A stretch of 48,090 nucleotides of DNA from Chromera velia (lineage: Eukaryota): the NCBI GenBank assembly GCA_018398765.1, contig JAHBMJ010000415.1:1-48090 (forward strand), written 5' to 3'. Positions 20,554 to 33,583 of the stretch are shown in pieces. The notes beneath the pieces are model-generated. The model had not been told where the DNA came from and did no database searches. It saw nothing but the letters and a program-made list of their open reading frames with translations. The position numbers and the translations under genes were made by a program. Numbering within the stretch: position 1 is the stretch's first letter; each line of letters starts with the position of its first letter.

Positions 20554-21793
20554 GCATGATTCTTCAATCAAAAAAGGAAGAGGGGTGTGGTGGAAACTGT
20601 AGAGAGAAATCCATCACAGAAAGCCGGGTGGCCGTTGTGTTTGCATTGCATACTGCTTGATCACAGAAAAGAAGAGGAAAAAACCAGAATGGCGAAGGAC
20701 GACTACAAAAAAAACAAAAAAAGAAGCAGAAGAAGCAGAAGACGCAGGGCCTTGAAGAAGGAAGCAAAAAGAGCCCATACACACGACAGGCGGCCGACCA
20801 AAGAGGAGGCAGGGAGAGATCAGTGGAAAAATGAAAGCTAGACCTGAAAGGTCGAATCTTCATGATTAATGTCAACGTACAGAAAAGAAGCACAGTTCCC
20901 ATCGGCAGGAGGTCTCTGTTGAAGTGCCCCCCCTCGACTGCTGCTGCCAGGCCGAGGAGACCCTCTGCACCCTTCACAGACCCCCGACGGAGCAGAGAGG
21001 CCCGACGGTTTGAACCATCAGGCGCTGCGTGGGACACAATGGACCCTGAACGCCCGGCTGTGGTGTGCTTTCCTGAGTGTGGGGATCCTTTTGGAGACAG
21101 AGGCTGGTTGGTGTCGTTTGGCGTGTGGAGACGGAGGAGTGCCTCTTCCCCCGGAATTTTCCAAAAGTCTGTTGCTACTTGTCCGAGTCTCTCTAGATCT
21201 GGAAATGGGTTCTGTTTGAGTGTTCTCAGATTCGCACTTGTGTTCTCCAAATTTGTCTTCATGAACGCAGGGAGATACCCTGTGGCACCCCCCGGGCTGT
21301 AGGCCTCCATCGCGTCCTCGTCACTCGCACCCATTTCAGCCAGTCTTTCCCTGGCAACGTGCAAGAGCTGTGCGAGAATCTTCGTATTCTTGTTGCCTCT
21401 CAAGTCTCTCTGTACTTCCTCTGTCATGTCGTCCATCTGAATTTGTGAATCTTTCGAACCCTTCCGTCCGCCTCCCGGTGTCTCTTCTTTCTGTCCCTTC
21501 TCTTGTTCATCTAGGAGGTCACGCAGGACCGGCATGAGAAGGGAAGTGACACTCAAAGTAATGCCGCCAAAACAGAGAGACGTGGCGACAGGACCAGAGG
21601 GCTTTGGGTTCTTGGCATCAGCGTCTGTTTCTTGCTGCTTCTTTGTCGTTGTCAGACTTGTCGAGCTCGCCTTTCCCAAGTCCTGCCGACTGGCCATCCT
21701 CCCCAGTTCCGCCCGACTGGTTGTGGAGGCCGCTTTTCGTCTCTTGAACGCCTGGAAGGAGGGAGGGGAGGGAGGACAAAGGATCAAACAACC

Positions 21794-21844
<51 letters not shown>

Positions 21845-22785
21845 ATATCCAAGGAAGCAAATAAGAGACTGAAGTATCTGCATGCAAAGGATCGACATTC
21901 GAGTTATTGGGGCCTTCTCTCTTGAATTCGGAATCCGAGACATTTTGGGTCTCTCTTGCCTGCACGCACCCATGCTCTGCCTCCTCAGTTTCCGTTCTTT
22001 TCGTCCCACACAGTCACCAACTGAGTCTCTGAGCGACTCATTGACCTACGGCATCTCTGATGACTCAGTGAGGCTCTGTAAAGTATGCCCAGAAAGAATC
22101 TCTCTTCCTTCCCTGATGCACCCACCTTCATGTCCAGTCGCGTGAGTCTGTCCATGGAGTCCTTCAGCAGGCTGACGCTTTTGTCCATGGCGTTGTCCTG
22201 TTGGGCGTTTTCTTTGTTGATGGTCGTGAAGACACGGTGGGGTCCGACCAGCAGGGATTCTGGAGGGTCAGGCTGCCGTGAAGGTAAGTCAAATTTGACT
22301 GAGGTCTCAGTCTGCCTGGACAGCTCTTGAGCGAACTGCAGACCCTCTAGGTCCCTCATCTCCTCCAGAGAGAGTGCCTGGATGTTGGAGAGCCTCCTCC
22401 TCTCCTTCCAAAACCGGTCTGGGAGTTCCTTCTCTTTGTGGGCCGAGGAGGAAGAGGAGGAGGAACCAAAGTCTCCAGAGTCCTTCGCAAAAGAGGAGGA
22501 CTGCATGCAGATAGACAGAAAGACAGAATGATAGATAGGGGGCGTGCATGAGAGAATGCGATCGAGGATCAGAAAAGGAGGAGGCTCTCGTCTGACATTG
22601 CGTGGTAGAAGACGGGGGCGGCGGAAAGGCTCCTCGCTTTCTCTTTTGTCTTCTGTTCTCTTCTCCTCTTTGCCCCCCTTCGCCTCTGCTTGCCCGCCCT
22701 CAGTCGAACTCTTGGCATCCTCTGTCAAGTTGAACGCCCCGCCAGAGGAGTCATCCTTGAATGCCACAGAGAGGCTCGACCGCAT
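13324..22785 (-). CDS. Multi-exon hypothetical protein with charged coiled-coil and IQ-like segments
   Basis: Minus-strand coding blocks (~22785-22600, 22500-22130, 21750-20900, 18700-18570, 18180-18040, 17400-17270, 16820-16705, 16040-15570, 14800-13750) separated by microsatellite introns with ..tgcag acceptors. IQ-like text [14 protein letters not shown] and MQRFVRR. Both ends uncertain. Confidence 0.55.
16613..16699. repeat. Two-copy ~43-bp tandem duplication overlapping a splice donor region
   Basis: aggatcctt...ctgcccctagcaag(g/a)tagcctgac occurs twice. Confidence 0.8.
19047..19557. repeat. Compound (CAGA)n/(CAGG)n/(CAGACAGACA)n intronic microsatellite
   Basis: Directly visible tandem repeats. 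Confidence 0.95.
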
Positions 22786-23119
22786 TGAGAACCTATCGTT
22801 TCTTCCTGAAATGGTGCAGTGTCGGTCTGCACACGGTGCAGAAAGGCATGGATCAGTCTCCGCTACACTGAAGGGATCACAGTCACTCGCAGACCTGCTT
22901 TTTCGACGCCGTAGTGCATTAATTGGCTTCTTTGCTTGGAAACAGTTTGCTTTGTACACAATACACGTGACAGTATATGTACAAACCACTGAGGACTGGC
23001 GTGTCAAGCATCAGCTATTATATATATAAAGTGCACTCTGCGCTGATTGTGCCACCAGCGCGGCAGTGCATGGCGGCACTGCATGTGTCAGGCCCGATAT
23101 TCACATGCATTGAAGGATG

Positions 23120-23170
23120 CCGGGGCCCATGATGCATGCAAGGGCCCACTATATGGGCCCATGCATGCAC
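23120..23170. promoter_or_regulatory. Dyad of TGCATGCA and GGGCCC motifs in a divergent promoter region
   Basis: TGCATGCAAGGGCCCA-CTATA-TGGGCCCATGCATGCA (23133-23169; 16-bp arms, one mismatch) plus another GGGCCC at 23123, between head-to-head genes. Confidence 0.5.
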
Positions 23171-23530
23171 TTCGTGTAGACGGCATTAAGCCAGATCAAA
23201 TGATGCGTGTGTGACAGAGATCCCTGCATGAGCATTTATTAGTGACCAGCTGCACACCACTGCACAGCTACGCTTCAGACATCTTCAAACTGTGACAGAC
23301 TTTGCAGAACAGGCCAAGCATTCAGCTTTTTGGCTGCCGATTTGGGTCAAGAAACTTCCAGCTGAATAATTAATCGTCATAAACACATGCATCCAGAGAC
23401 GCGTTCAAGACCGTCAGAGAAAGAAAGAGCATCAAGTTGGATCAGAGGAAGCAAATATGAAGGTGGAGAGAAGCACTGCGACTTGGAGATTCTTTGATTG
23501 ACCTCTTTGATTCAGCAGAGAAACCTCAGG

Positions 23531-25507
23531 ATGCTCCAAATGATGGAGGAAGCGCCGCTGGCGGTGCACCTGCGGCTTCTGGACTTTTTGGCGTCTCCTC
23601 AGGTTGCAGCCCTTCCCTCAATTTGCCGAGGGGTGCGAGATGCTCTTCAGTTTCCTGTTGTGTCCACAGGGGTGCTTCGTCTCTTCAGGTCGTTCCTTCT
23701 TCTCGAGAGCGACCTTATGGACATGCACGAGCTTCTACATGAGCCTGCAGCAGTGAGCAAGGTGCTTCGACGGTACGATCTGAACTACGCAGACCGCAAA
23801 GGGGGATCGAAAAAGAATCTTGAGAAACCTGTCGGGCAGAGCGTGTCGGAATATATTCTGAAGATGGGAAAGGCAGACAAGCAGGCGGACCTTGTCGACT
23901 CCTCCTCTTCTGATTCTGATTCTTCTGATTCTTCCTTCTCGTCGTCCGACTCCTCGTCCTTGTCTGGGTCCTCCTCCTCCTCTTCCTCTGAGAGCTCAGA
24001 TGACGAAGACGGAGGTTCGGGGTCGGAAAACGAGAGGAAGGGGAAGAAGTGCAAAGCACAGAGCCTCAAGGGTCAGAAAGTGCTTTGGACCTTTTTTCCC
24101 ATTCAAACCTTTTGTTTGTCTGCGGCTTCCGTCGGTTTCTTTTCTTTTTTCGACGTATGTCAGCACGGGACTTTCCTTGTCGTCATTCTTTTTTTTTTGG
24201 TCATTCATCACATGCATGCGCAACTTCAATTTGTCTCTTTTTCCTTGCAAGCAATGTTTGTCATCACCTCCTTGTGCTGGTTTGCATGCACTGTCTCTCA
24301 GACAAGATGTCTGTCTCTCTATCGGAGCTTCTAAAGCCGAAAGAACAGGCTGCACAGGGGCATGGAAAGAAATTCGCGGAGATGCCCTCAGGAGCGCTGG
24401 ACCTTTTGGCCTCATGTGGTCCTTCGTCTTTTGGGACTCTGGGGCTGGTGGACTGCAGGACTGCAGTGCGAGTGAGGGAGTGGATATTGGAGAGTGGGGA
24501 GGCCGTGAGGAGGGGAGGGGGGGTGTCCTCTTTGTTTTGCGCGAATTGGGTGCGGGCGGTGCTCAGGTGTTTTCTTCGGAGACGGCTGGTTGCTCTGAGC
24601 ACCAGTCTGGCAGCACGGTCTGTGGAGGAGTGCACTTCTGTGGAGGAAGTGGTGAGCCCCCGGGGGGGGGTAAAGAGAAGGAGTAACAAAATTGGGGAGG
24701 GGCGAAGAGGGTCGAAAGGGGTGTTGATCTTCTGATTTCTTTCGAACAAGTTTCAATTCTTTGCCCCAGTCGGTTGCCTCCTCAATGGCTCGATCAGACT
24801 TCGGTTCGTTCTCTTTTGGTTGTCTTCTCGGGGCTTGTCTTCATTCCAACGCGCTGCGAGTGCCTGCAGGTCATCCGGTTGGGCGCATTCGCAGAGAGGT
24901 CAGTGAGCTTGTCTGTGAGAGAGAGAGTGAGTGAGTGAGTGAGTGACTGAGGGAGGGAGGGAGGGAGGGAGGGAGGGAGTGAGTGAGTGACTTAGTGAGT
25001 GGGTGAGTGAGTGAGTGAGTGAGTGAGTGACTAAGTGTACGAGTGAGTGAGAGAGGCTGACTGAGAAGAGAGAAAAGAGAGGCTGCAGGCAAAGGAAGAA
25101 GTACATCTGCGTGGTTTGCCAGCGGCTGTTTGCATTGCATAGAAAATCTGTGCACTGCCCCGGATCTGGGCCAAGAGAAACTGCATGCTTGAATATGGTG
25201 GTGGTTTGATGCAAGAAGAGAATCAAGCAAAGAGGGAGCGCTGAGACACCGAAAAGGTTTGTAGTGCCCTGACTGATTTTGTTTATGGAGCCTTTTGATA
25301 TCCCTCTTCTAAGGCCGGTTTGAAGGGAAACGTGTTTTGTGCTCCAGAATTGAGTCAGCCAAAACGAGCGCCTTCCTGCACCTTTGCTTGATCCTCTTTG
25401 CAGGGCCGACATCTGTGGAGCTCTGGTATTTCTGGAAGTCCTCGGGAAAGCCCTCGCACATCTGTGAGTGGGACTGGGTATTTTTCTTTCTTCGAGCAGT
25501 GCGGACA

Positions 25508-25545
<38 letters not shown>

Positions 25546-27237
25546 CTTCGCTGGCTGTTGTCTGTTCGGATACCCGTTTGTATTTCTCTGTTTTTCCTGT
25601 CCTTTCCACTTCCTGTGGCGCCTTGCCCTCGCTGAAAGTCTCTGAATTTTCTCCTGAATTCCTCTTCTTCGTTCGTTCGATCTTCTATGGTTTTCCTCTG
25701 TTCCCCTACAGGTTGAGGACCTCCTGGGACTCTTGTCTCCTTCATCTCTCCAGACTCTACGATCGACTGCTCGAAGCTGCAGAGCCCAAACAAACCGCAG
25801 CTTCCGCTGCTGCAGCAGCTGCTGGAGAGGCTGCAGCGGCGGCGGAAGGTCTAAAGGACGCAGCCAACCGGAAAGGCGCAAAAATGCTCTTTTGGTCCGT
25901 CAAACTGGAAATGTTAGGTTCAGCAAACTCGAATGGCCTGAAGGACTCGTGTGTTTTGCGTTGGTTTTGCTTCTTTTGGGATTGGAACCTTCTGGGGAAG
26001 GTGTCTTCTCTCCACTCCATTCCACTTTCCCTTTTCCCTCCCCCCCCCCCGAGGGGAGTCTGGTCCGAAATGCAGGAGGAGCATGACAGTCGGCATGCAG
26101 TAAAAGAGAGAGAGAGAGAAATACGGGAGGGAAGCAGAGGGACAGTCCATCCAGCAGGAAAAAGAGGGACGGAGAGAATTTGCTGGCTTTGCCTCAATTT
26201 TCTCCTTCTCTTCTTCACCCGTCCGCCTGCCTGCCTGTCTGCCTGCAGCCTGAGCGAGCCCACAGTAGAGGAGGTGGGGGATCTCCTGGAGTTGTGCCAC
26301 GCAATCAGGGTTGAGTCGGTGAGGCCTCTGAGGGCAGAGGCGGTCCTGTCGGCAGCTGCACGGACGTGGACGGGGGCTGTGAAGAAGAAGGCGGGGAAGG
26401 GGAAGGAGGGAGACAGAATGGAGAACCCCCCAGGGTCCGTCTGCATGTCTCAGTAGCTTTCGCTTCCTGTTTGCTCTTTCCTCTTGAGTCGTTCTCTACC
26501 TCCTTTTTTCGTTCTCTTCTGAGGGACCATCATCCACGCCTGCTTTTGAAAGGTCGGTTAAGTAGATATTTTACAGATATCTGCTCCTTTGAATCGGAGA
26601 AGGGGTCCTTGTTATCTGTGTGAGCCTACTTGCTGCCTGTTTTCCTGTCGTTCTGCCCACCTCTACTTGTGTCCATCTGCTTTCCTGCTTGCTTGCCTAC
26701 CTGCCTTCCTACTTGCCTCTCGCCTAAAAACGCCCGCAGGTCCCTGTACTGTCCAAGAACGCCTGTGGGCATTGCTGTCTCGGGAGCACTGAGAGAAATC
26801 GGTAGGTGGAGGTTTTTCTTTCTGCTCATTTTTCGCTGCATTTATTTTCACTTCGGAGAGAGAGACTGCGCTCCTCTTCTTCTGTGGCGGTTTCGTTTTT
26901 TCCCGCACTTCGCGATCAATTCATCTTTCTCATCATTCCTTCTTATGTTTTTCTTTCGCGCACTGGTCCCTTTTCTTCGAGCGCTGCAGAGTGACCTGAG
27001 GAAGAATGTGGGATTTTTGCCCTTCTGCTTTCGGTTTTTTGCTCCTCGCCTGCCTGGGCTGCTCTCTCTTTGTATTTGTGAATGCTTACTGATTGTCCGT
27101 CCATTTTTCTTGAGGGATCTCCGCGCTCGATGCCCTTCTTTCGTTCGTTCTTTCTTTCTTTCTTTCTTTTTTTCTTTCTTTCGTTTGTTTCCTTTCTTTC
27201 TTTCGTTTATTTCCTTTCTTTCTTTCGTTTGTTTCCT

Positions 27238-27269
<32 letters not shown>

Positions 27270-28163
27270 TCGTTTGTTTCCTTCTTTCTTTTGTTTGTTT
27301 CCTTCTTTCTTTCTTTCTTTCTTTCTTTCTTTCGTTCGTTCTTTCTTTTTTACTTTCTTTCTTTCTTCCTACTCCCTTGCTTTCTTTTCGCAGGCCTGGG
27401 CGCCTGGACACCTCTGAGGGGAAGCAAGAGCTTCAGTCTGCCGAAGAAGTACAGCACCCACATGAGAGTGGCCATGAACTTGGGCGGCCAGAAGGGCCTG
27501 GACGTTGTCCTCACTCTTCGACCCTTGTGTTCTGCTTCATTGGTGAGGACTGAAAGAACATGCATCCAGGTCTTGACTATAGGAATTTTCTGCGCACGGG
27601 TGTTGTAGAATGCTGCGGGCAAGCGTAGCGGGGCTTCCGGGTGTCGTTGTGTGCATTGTGTTTGAGCCCATCGTTTGTCAACAAGAGGAGAGAAGTCAAA
27701 CGAAGCAACCGGGCCCTCTCGCTGACTTGTCGGATGAACGGATGATAAATTGAATGAACGAGCGAACGAATGGCTGTGCCTGCATGCAGCCCCGGTCTGT
27801 GGCATCTGCTTTTGTCGGTTCGTCCTCTCTCCGGAAGACCAACCAGGAGGACGATACATCAGCGATGGTTCTGTCAGATAGCGGCAGACAGCTGCTGATA
27901 CGCAAACCGGAAATGGTACAGGTCGGTTAGACGGTCTGCATTTTATATGTGCAATAAATCTTGACCTGTATTTGTTTGATTTTTGTTCTCTTTTCGCTCC
28001 ATCCGTTAATTCTCAAGAGTCTCAGCCGTCTAAGTTCCGTCTGAATGCCCTTCACCGATCTGCCGACAAAACAAGAGGCCATGGGAGCTTTCCGAACTCT
28101 GCCTGCCTGACTCTCTTCGGCTTGTGCGCTCCATGCCTCCCTCTCGCCTGGAGTCCATCCTGG

Positions 28164-28196
<33 letters not shown>

Positions 28197-29142
28197 TCGT
28201 TCTTTCTTTCTTCTGTCACCGGTCGATTCATTCATTCATTCTCCGTCCCTTTGTTTTCTGTTCTGTTCTGTTCTCTACAATTCCGTCCGTCCGTCTGTCT
28301 GTCTGTCTATCTGTCTGTTTGTCTACAGGTGCAACTGGAAATTCTAGAGGAGGTGGGCAGTGGGGACGGGGGGGGTTGGAATGCATTCAGATAGGACGAC
28401 GGTATTGACTGTTGAGTGTCGGAGTTGTAATACGAGGGAGTGGGGGAAGTTTGCCTGCCTGCATGGGTTTAGTGCGAGGGTCTTCTGTTCATTTCATGAG
28501 GGCGTCACACGAAGGGAAAGTGGGGCTAATAGATAAAGGGAACGTTTTGTGAATGTTTCGCTCTGCATTGCACTTGATGTTTTTTTGATTTTGCCAGTGT
28601 CTTTCTCCCCTCAAAGTGCATGCTCAGAAACCGAAGAGAACAGACCGCCCTGCGATGAGAGATCTCTCTGACTGACTTTTTCCTTCCTTGCAGGGTTCTC
28701 GGGTCTGCCTGGTGACTCCTGAGACTTGTATGAGGGTTGGTGAGGGGAGTTTTGTGTTTTGACCGACGAGACTGTATGCATTTGACCCCTCTTCCTGTCT
28801 TTTCTGCTTGGATCTTTCTTTTTGCACTGGTGTTTTCCAACCTCATTTCTGGAGTTTTCTGCAGGTTTCTTCTTGTCAGGTTTTCCCCCTGCTGTGTCGT
28901 ACAGCAGTTCGGTCTGGTTCTCTTTGTGTGTTCTGTTCCTCCTTTCCCGTGCTTCTTCTGCTTTCCTGTAGAACTTTGAGGGTGGACGTCTGAAGACTGT
29001 GGGGGAATTGATGGCACCAAAGAGGAAGAAAAACCTCCAGAGCGCCCTCGTCGAGAAGACACCACTGGTGAGTCGGCCTGCCATGATGTGGGGCCCATTT
29101 TTGGAAAAAGTATCCGTCTGTCCGTTCCTATGGAGAGGCCAG

Positions 29143-29173
<31 letters not shown>

Positions 29174-30099
29174 GTGTCTAGCCTCTCTTCTTGACTGCCT
29201 TACTCGCTTCTTGGCTATCGTACTCCACAACCGTGCAAACAAATAAGAGGAGGAGGAGGAGGAGGGGGCTGTTGAAGTTTTTGAGCAGAGTCAGGCATAC
29301 AGACTCTCATGCAGATCTGTTGTGCCGCTCTCGAAGACGACGACCGTTCAAGACTCTGCATATGCATAGGGTTCTGCATGTGCAGCTACATGCGTACGTT
29401 CGTTCTATTTGAATGCACAGCAGAGACAGACGGTCACACAGCTTCTTTTGGTACAACTTTCTTCCCTGCATGCCGTTTTCTTCTTCGCGTACTTCATCTC
29501 CTGAAGGCATGCAGGCCTCTCCTTTGGACTGTCTTCTGATTCCTTCGAACTCTCCTGTGTTGGAACGGTGCCGTCGGAGGGTGAAGGAAACGGTGCGGTC
29601 TGTTGGGTCTCTGAGCAGTGAGGAGTTCCGACGGAGGCTGCAGGTGTGTGGGGAGAGAACTTTTTTCATTTACTTGGTTTTCCCTTCCTTTCTTCCTTCC
29701 TTCCTTCATTTATTTATTCATTCCTCCATATCTGCTTGCCTCTCCCCCCTTTCTTCTGCTTGCTTCGTTCCTATTTTGTGTTCTGTTTCCATTTCTTGTG
29801 CTGGTGTCTTCGAGCCAGCAGGTTTCTCTCATTTGATTGCTTCCTTCGCTGTTCCTTCCACCAGCTAGATGTGTGCATGTGTCTCGATCTGCATTCGTGC
29901 TCTTCTGCAGAGGGTGCTGGTCCATTTCGTGGTTTTTCTTGTGAACTGTTGGGGGGACGAAGAGATGAGAGACGTAACGCTCCTCAAATGGAAGAGGGCG
30001 TCTGCAGAGGCTGAGAGCTTCTGGAAGACTGACATCGAAACGGAAGCGCCGCTGGTGGGCAAGAAGCGTTTTTTCGACCTAAACTTAAAATTGAAATAA
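23531..30099 (+). CDS. Multi-exon hypothetical protein with Ser/Asp-rich tract and a Cys/His-rich exon
   Basis: Coding blocks 23531-~24070, ~24300-24650, ~25710-25850, ~26250-26430, ~27395-27540, ~28330-28520, ~29515-29640 and 29911-30099, with cag acceptors after pyrimidine tracts. Stop TAA at 30097-30099 precedes an AT-rich spacer. Confidence 0.55.
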
Positions 30100-30636
30100 A
30101 AACAATTCCAAAACAGATTTTTAGAAATCTACTTTAAAACATGTTATTTGTAACAATATATGATGCATTCTTAGATGCGAATACACTTTTTAAACATTAA
30201 AGTGTGCAACATTGTATCATAATGTGGGATCTTTTGACGCAAACGTTATTTAAATGCTATTTATAAAATATTTAAATTATAAGTTTATTGGAATTTTACA
30301 TTCTGACTTTTAAATTATAACTGGAAAAAAGGGTCATAATTTGTTAAATTTGATTATCATGATAATTTTTTTTTTCTTTTTTTTTTTTTTTAGTTTTTTT
30401 TGCAATAATGCTAACAATAATGTTTCTTGCTAGGTTTCATATCACAGCGCCGGCCCACGCGTAATGTACATCACTTAGATTTAATTCAGTGTTTAAATTC
30501 ACTTCTATAGCTTTACGATAATTTGGTCCATAAACTTTTATTGAAAAATATAGCTAGTAAAACATCTATATTTTTATAACACAAACTAGCACACAAAAAA
30601 TACTTGACATGCTTTAAAGCAAGATACATCAAGGAA

Positions 30637-30864
30637 CTACACGTTGGCTAAAGAAGATAAAAAATCCTCCCAAACTATTCCAAACCCTTTATTATTTTTT
30701 TGCTAGTTTTTTTATTAGTTAATGTTGAAGTTAAACATTGGGTCAAATTAACATAGGGCAATGTAGGGTTAAATAACTATTGTTTCAATGTTGCACAAGT
30801 ATTCGATCTTTATTATCATCATTACAGTTTATGTCTTGCACAATTGCCAGCGTTGTTAATCTTA

Positions 30865-30905
<41 letters not shown>

Positions 30906-30961
30906 TATAGTTTGTTTACTTTTTTTTGCTTTCTTCTAGGCTTTCTTTAACCGACGCCTAG
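30637..30961. mobile_element. MITE-like element, copy 2 (~325 bp)
   Basis: Ends CTACACGTTGGCTAAAGAA ... TTCTTTAACCGACGCCTAG; shares the internal motif TGTTGCACAAGT and the ctccc(c)aaa..ccttt..tttt..gctagt segment with copy 1. Confidence 0.6.
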
Positions 30962-32018
30962 TTAAGAAGAAACACAGAAAAACACACATAGTCAAGTCAG
31001 GCTGCAATTTCTGGATATATTTTTGAATAAAACGCTTTCATGCAGACGGGCAATTAATGCACTAGGTCTGATCTGTATAAGGTTATTTTTATAATAAAGT
31101 TTGGCGACTTTAAAACTTAATTTTTTGATTTTAATTTTTAAAACTTTCATATAATAAAAAACTAGAACACATTAATGTTTTTTTAAGTATTGTTCAGCCT
31201 TTTAAAACACCTTTTAGTATAAGACGGGAAAAACTTTTAAAATGCGTTCAAAAGTTATATTTTGAAGTCCACAATCGGAAACCAGACTTTAAACTTTATT
31301 TTACTTTGACAGAAGGGAAGAGGCATGAGAGTAGAGTACGTACTCACATGTAAAGCAGTGCCAAGTCCCGGAGTCGCTGCTTTATAGAGCCTGTATGAGA
31401 GAGAGAGATCTGGTGTATACAGCGAACCAGTACTGCGAAAACTATCCTCTCTAGTTCCTCCTCTCTTAACTGGTTTTCCCTCTGTAGAATTAGTAAGGCG
31501 CAGCTCTGGAAGCGCCACTGCCCTGGTCCCTTGCAGGAGGAACAGGACCGTACCCCCCTTCTGAATCGTCCGAGAAGCGACTGTCCTTTCTGGCGCCCTG
31601 ATTTACTGAAAAAAATAACAAAGAGAAGAAGAAGAAAAGGAGGAGAAGAGAGCTTCCTGAGGTTGTGAAAAGCCTGCCGATAAGCTGCACGACTGATCGA
31701 TGTTGATCGTGTAGGGAATCAAAGGATTGCATTCACTCAGATGCAAGCTCAGACCGTACGGGCGACATTACGACATGTGCCGGGAAGCCATTTCAAAGCA
31801 AAATGGAAGAGGGCAAAAGAAATAAAAGAACAGACACACGGACAGATAGGATGGAATGCAAGTAAGCATGCTTGATAGTCTGAAACAGACAAAACCATGC
31901 ACAGAGAGACTTGACGGAAGAATGAATTTTTGGGATCAATTGGTATGAGAGTGTTCGATCGAACTGACTTGTGAACAGTGGATGCCGTGAGGACTGTCTC
32001 CGAGGACAGGGTGGCAGT

Positions 32019-32338
32019 CGTTACGTTGTGGCTTGTACGGTGACTTGATCACCCGCCAAACTTGCTAGAACTGGGACTGGGAAACTAACTTCGCAATACT
32101 AAGCCCGGCCGGCATTAATTAAGTGTACTAAGAGAATTAAGTGACAGACTGACAATATAGAGAAAGAAATAATAGACTTGCAATACAGAAATAAATAGAA
32201 GCATGCCGTACAGTCTTCGTCCGTCTGTATCGCTTGAATGGAGTCCTTGGAAGTGAACTCTGAGTGACAGACTTAAGGAGGTAAGGTACGATAAGTCTCC
32301 AACTAGACTACGTTCTTAGTCTAGGAGGAAATCTGACG
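32019..32338 (+). repeat. 5' LTR (320 bp, CGTTA...TGACG)
   Basis: Direct repeat of 37324-37643 with 10 substitutions counted by eye and no indels. Confidence 0.95.
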
Positions 32339-32350
32339 TGGTAGCAGAGC
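32339..32350 (+). other. Primer binding site (initiator tRNA-Met type)
   Basis: TGGTAGCAGAGC abuts the 5' LTR and is complementary to the ...CUCUGCUACCA 3' end typical of eukaryotic tRNAi-Met. Confidence 0.8.
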
Positions 32351-32414
32351 CCCAGTCCTCCACCTCAGGGAGACCCCGCTCTGCTTCTCAACCGTTGTTT
32401 GAAGTACGGGCAGG

Positions 32415-33325
32415 ATGAATCCGTCTACTATCACTTCTGAGCTCATCCAGCAGCTCATTCAAACTCAACAGCAGCAGCAAGCTGAGATCCAGGCACTGCA
32501 GGTCCAAAACGGGCAGTTAACCCAACAGAATCAACAACTGCACCAAGAGCTGATCAACCACCAGCAGACAGTCGTGACAGCACAACAAAGCACCGCGGGG
32601 AACAGCCCCCCAGCGGCCGTGAAGTCAAATTTGAAACCCAAAGAGCCGTTCACATACGCAGGCAGTCGCAAGCAACTCCCAGATTGGCTCCGTACGACAG
32701 AAAGATGGCTTCGCTTGTCGCGAGCGTCGGAAGCCAAGAAATATGAAGCAGCATGTCAGTACCTATCCTGTCTCCTGCAGAGGTGGTACAAGCTCGAAAA
32801 CCAGGTCCTCCGAACGCCGTTCCAGGGGTGGGAGAATTTCAAAGAGAGGATTGGGAAGAAATTCAAAGACCCAAATGCTCAGACACGTTTGCGAGAGGAA
32901 GTCCGAGCAATGAAATGTGGGAACAAGACAGTGCAGAAGTACACCGATGACTTCATAGAGAAGGCCATATAAATTGAGGATGTCACAGAAGCCGACCTGC
33001 TGCACGACTACCTCAGGGGATTGCCAACTGACATTCGTCTCGCTGTGAAGCGTCGGGGAGTCACGGGACTTGAGGCCGTCATGACAGTGGCAGATGAGGA
33101 AGACCAATTGATCAGAGGCGAGCGCGCCGATGGGGCAGGCACACGGTGCAACAGCGCAATACGGATGGGCCTGCACCGATGGAAATAGATAGATTGTCAC
33201 GCTTATACGCGCTGTCGTACGAGCAGGTGCAGAGGCACATCAGAGAAGACAGATGTTTCAACTGCCACCAACAGGGCCACCGGGCGAACAGGTACCCAAA
33301 ATCCAACAACCGTCTCCTCCCCTAG
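32415..33325 (+). pseudogene. gag: gag (premature stop at 32970, frameshift, degenerate zinc knuckle)
   Basis: Retrotransposon-gag-like WENFKERIGKKF..P.AQTRLREEV..MK...TVQKYTDDF; continues past TAA as IEDVTEADLLHDYLRGL; knuckle CFNCHQQGHRANRY at ~33253-33294. Confidence 0.85.
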
Positions 33326-33583
33326 CAGCACCGAAACTTCCCATATCAGTCATTTCAGCAGCAACAACAGCAGCATCGGAATGCCCCTCCCCGTCCTGAT
33401 AATCGGAATTTCAGGCACATGGGGGTCAGCAACCCTCTCATGCAGCCTCAGGGTCCGGTGGTGCCCTCAGGCCTTGCACCTTCGCCCATGCAGCACCAGC
33501 AGATGTGGCAGCCTGCCGCACGGCCAGTCACTGACTTCCCGCCGGGGTTGTAGGGCTCGCAACAGCAGAATCAGAATGTAAGC

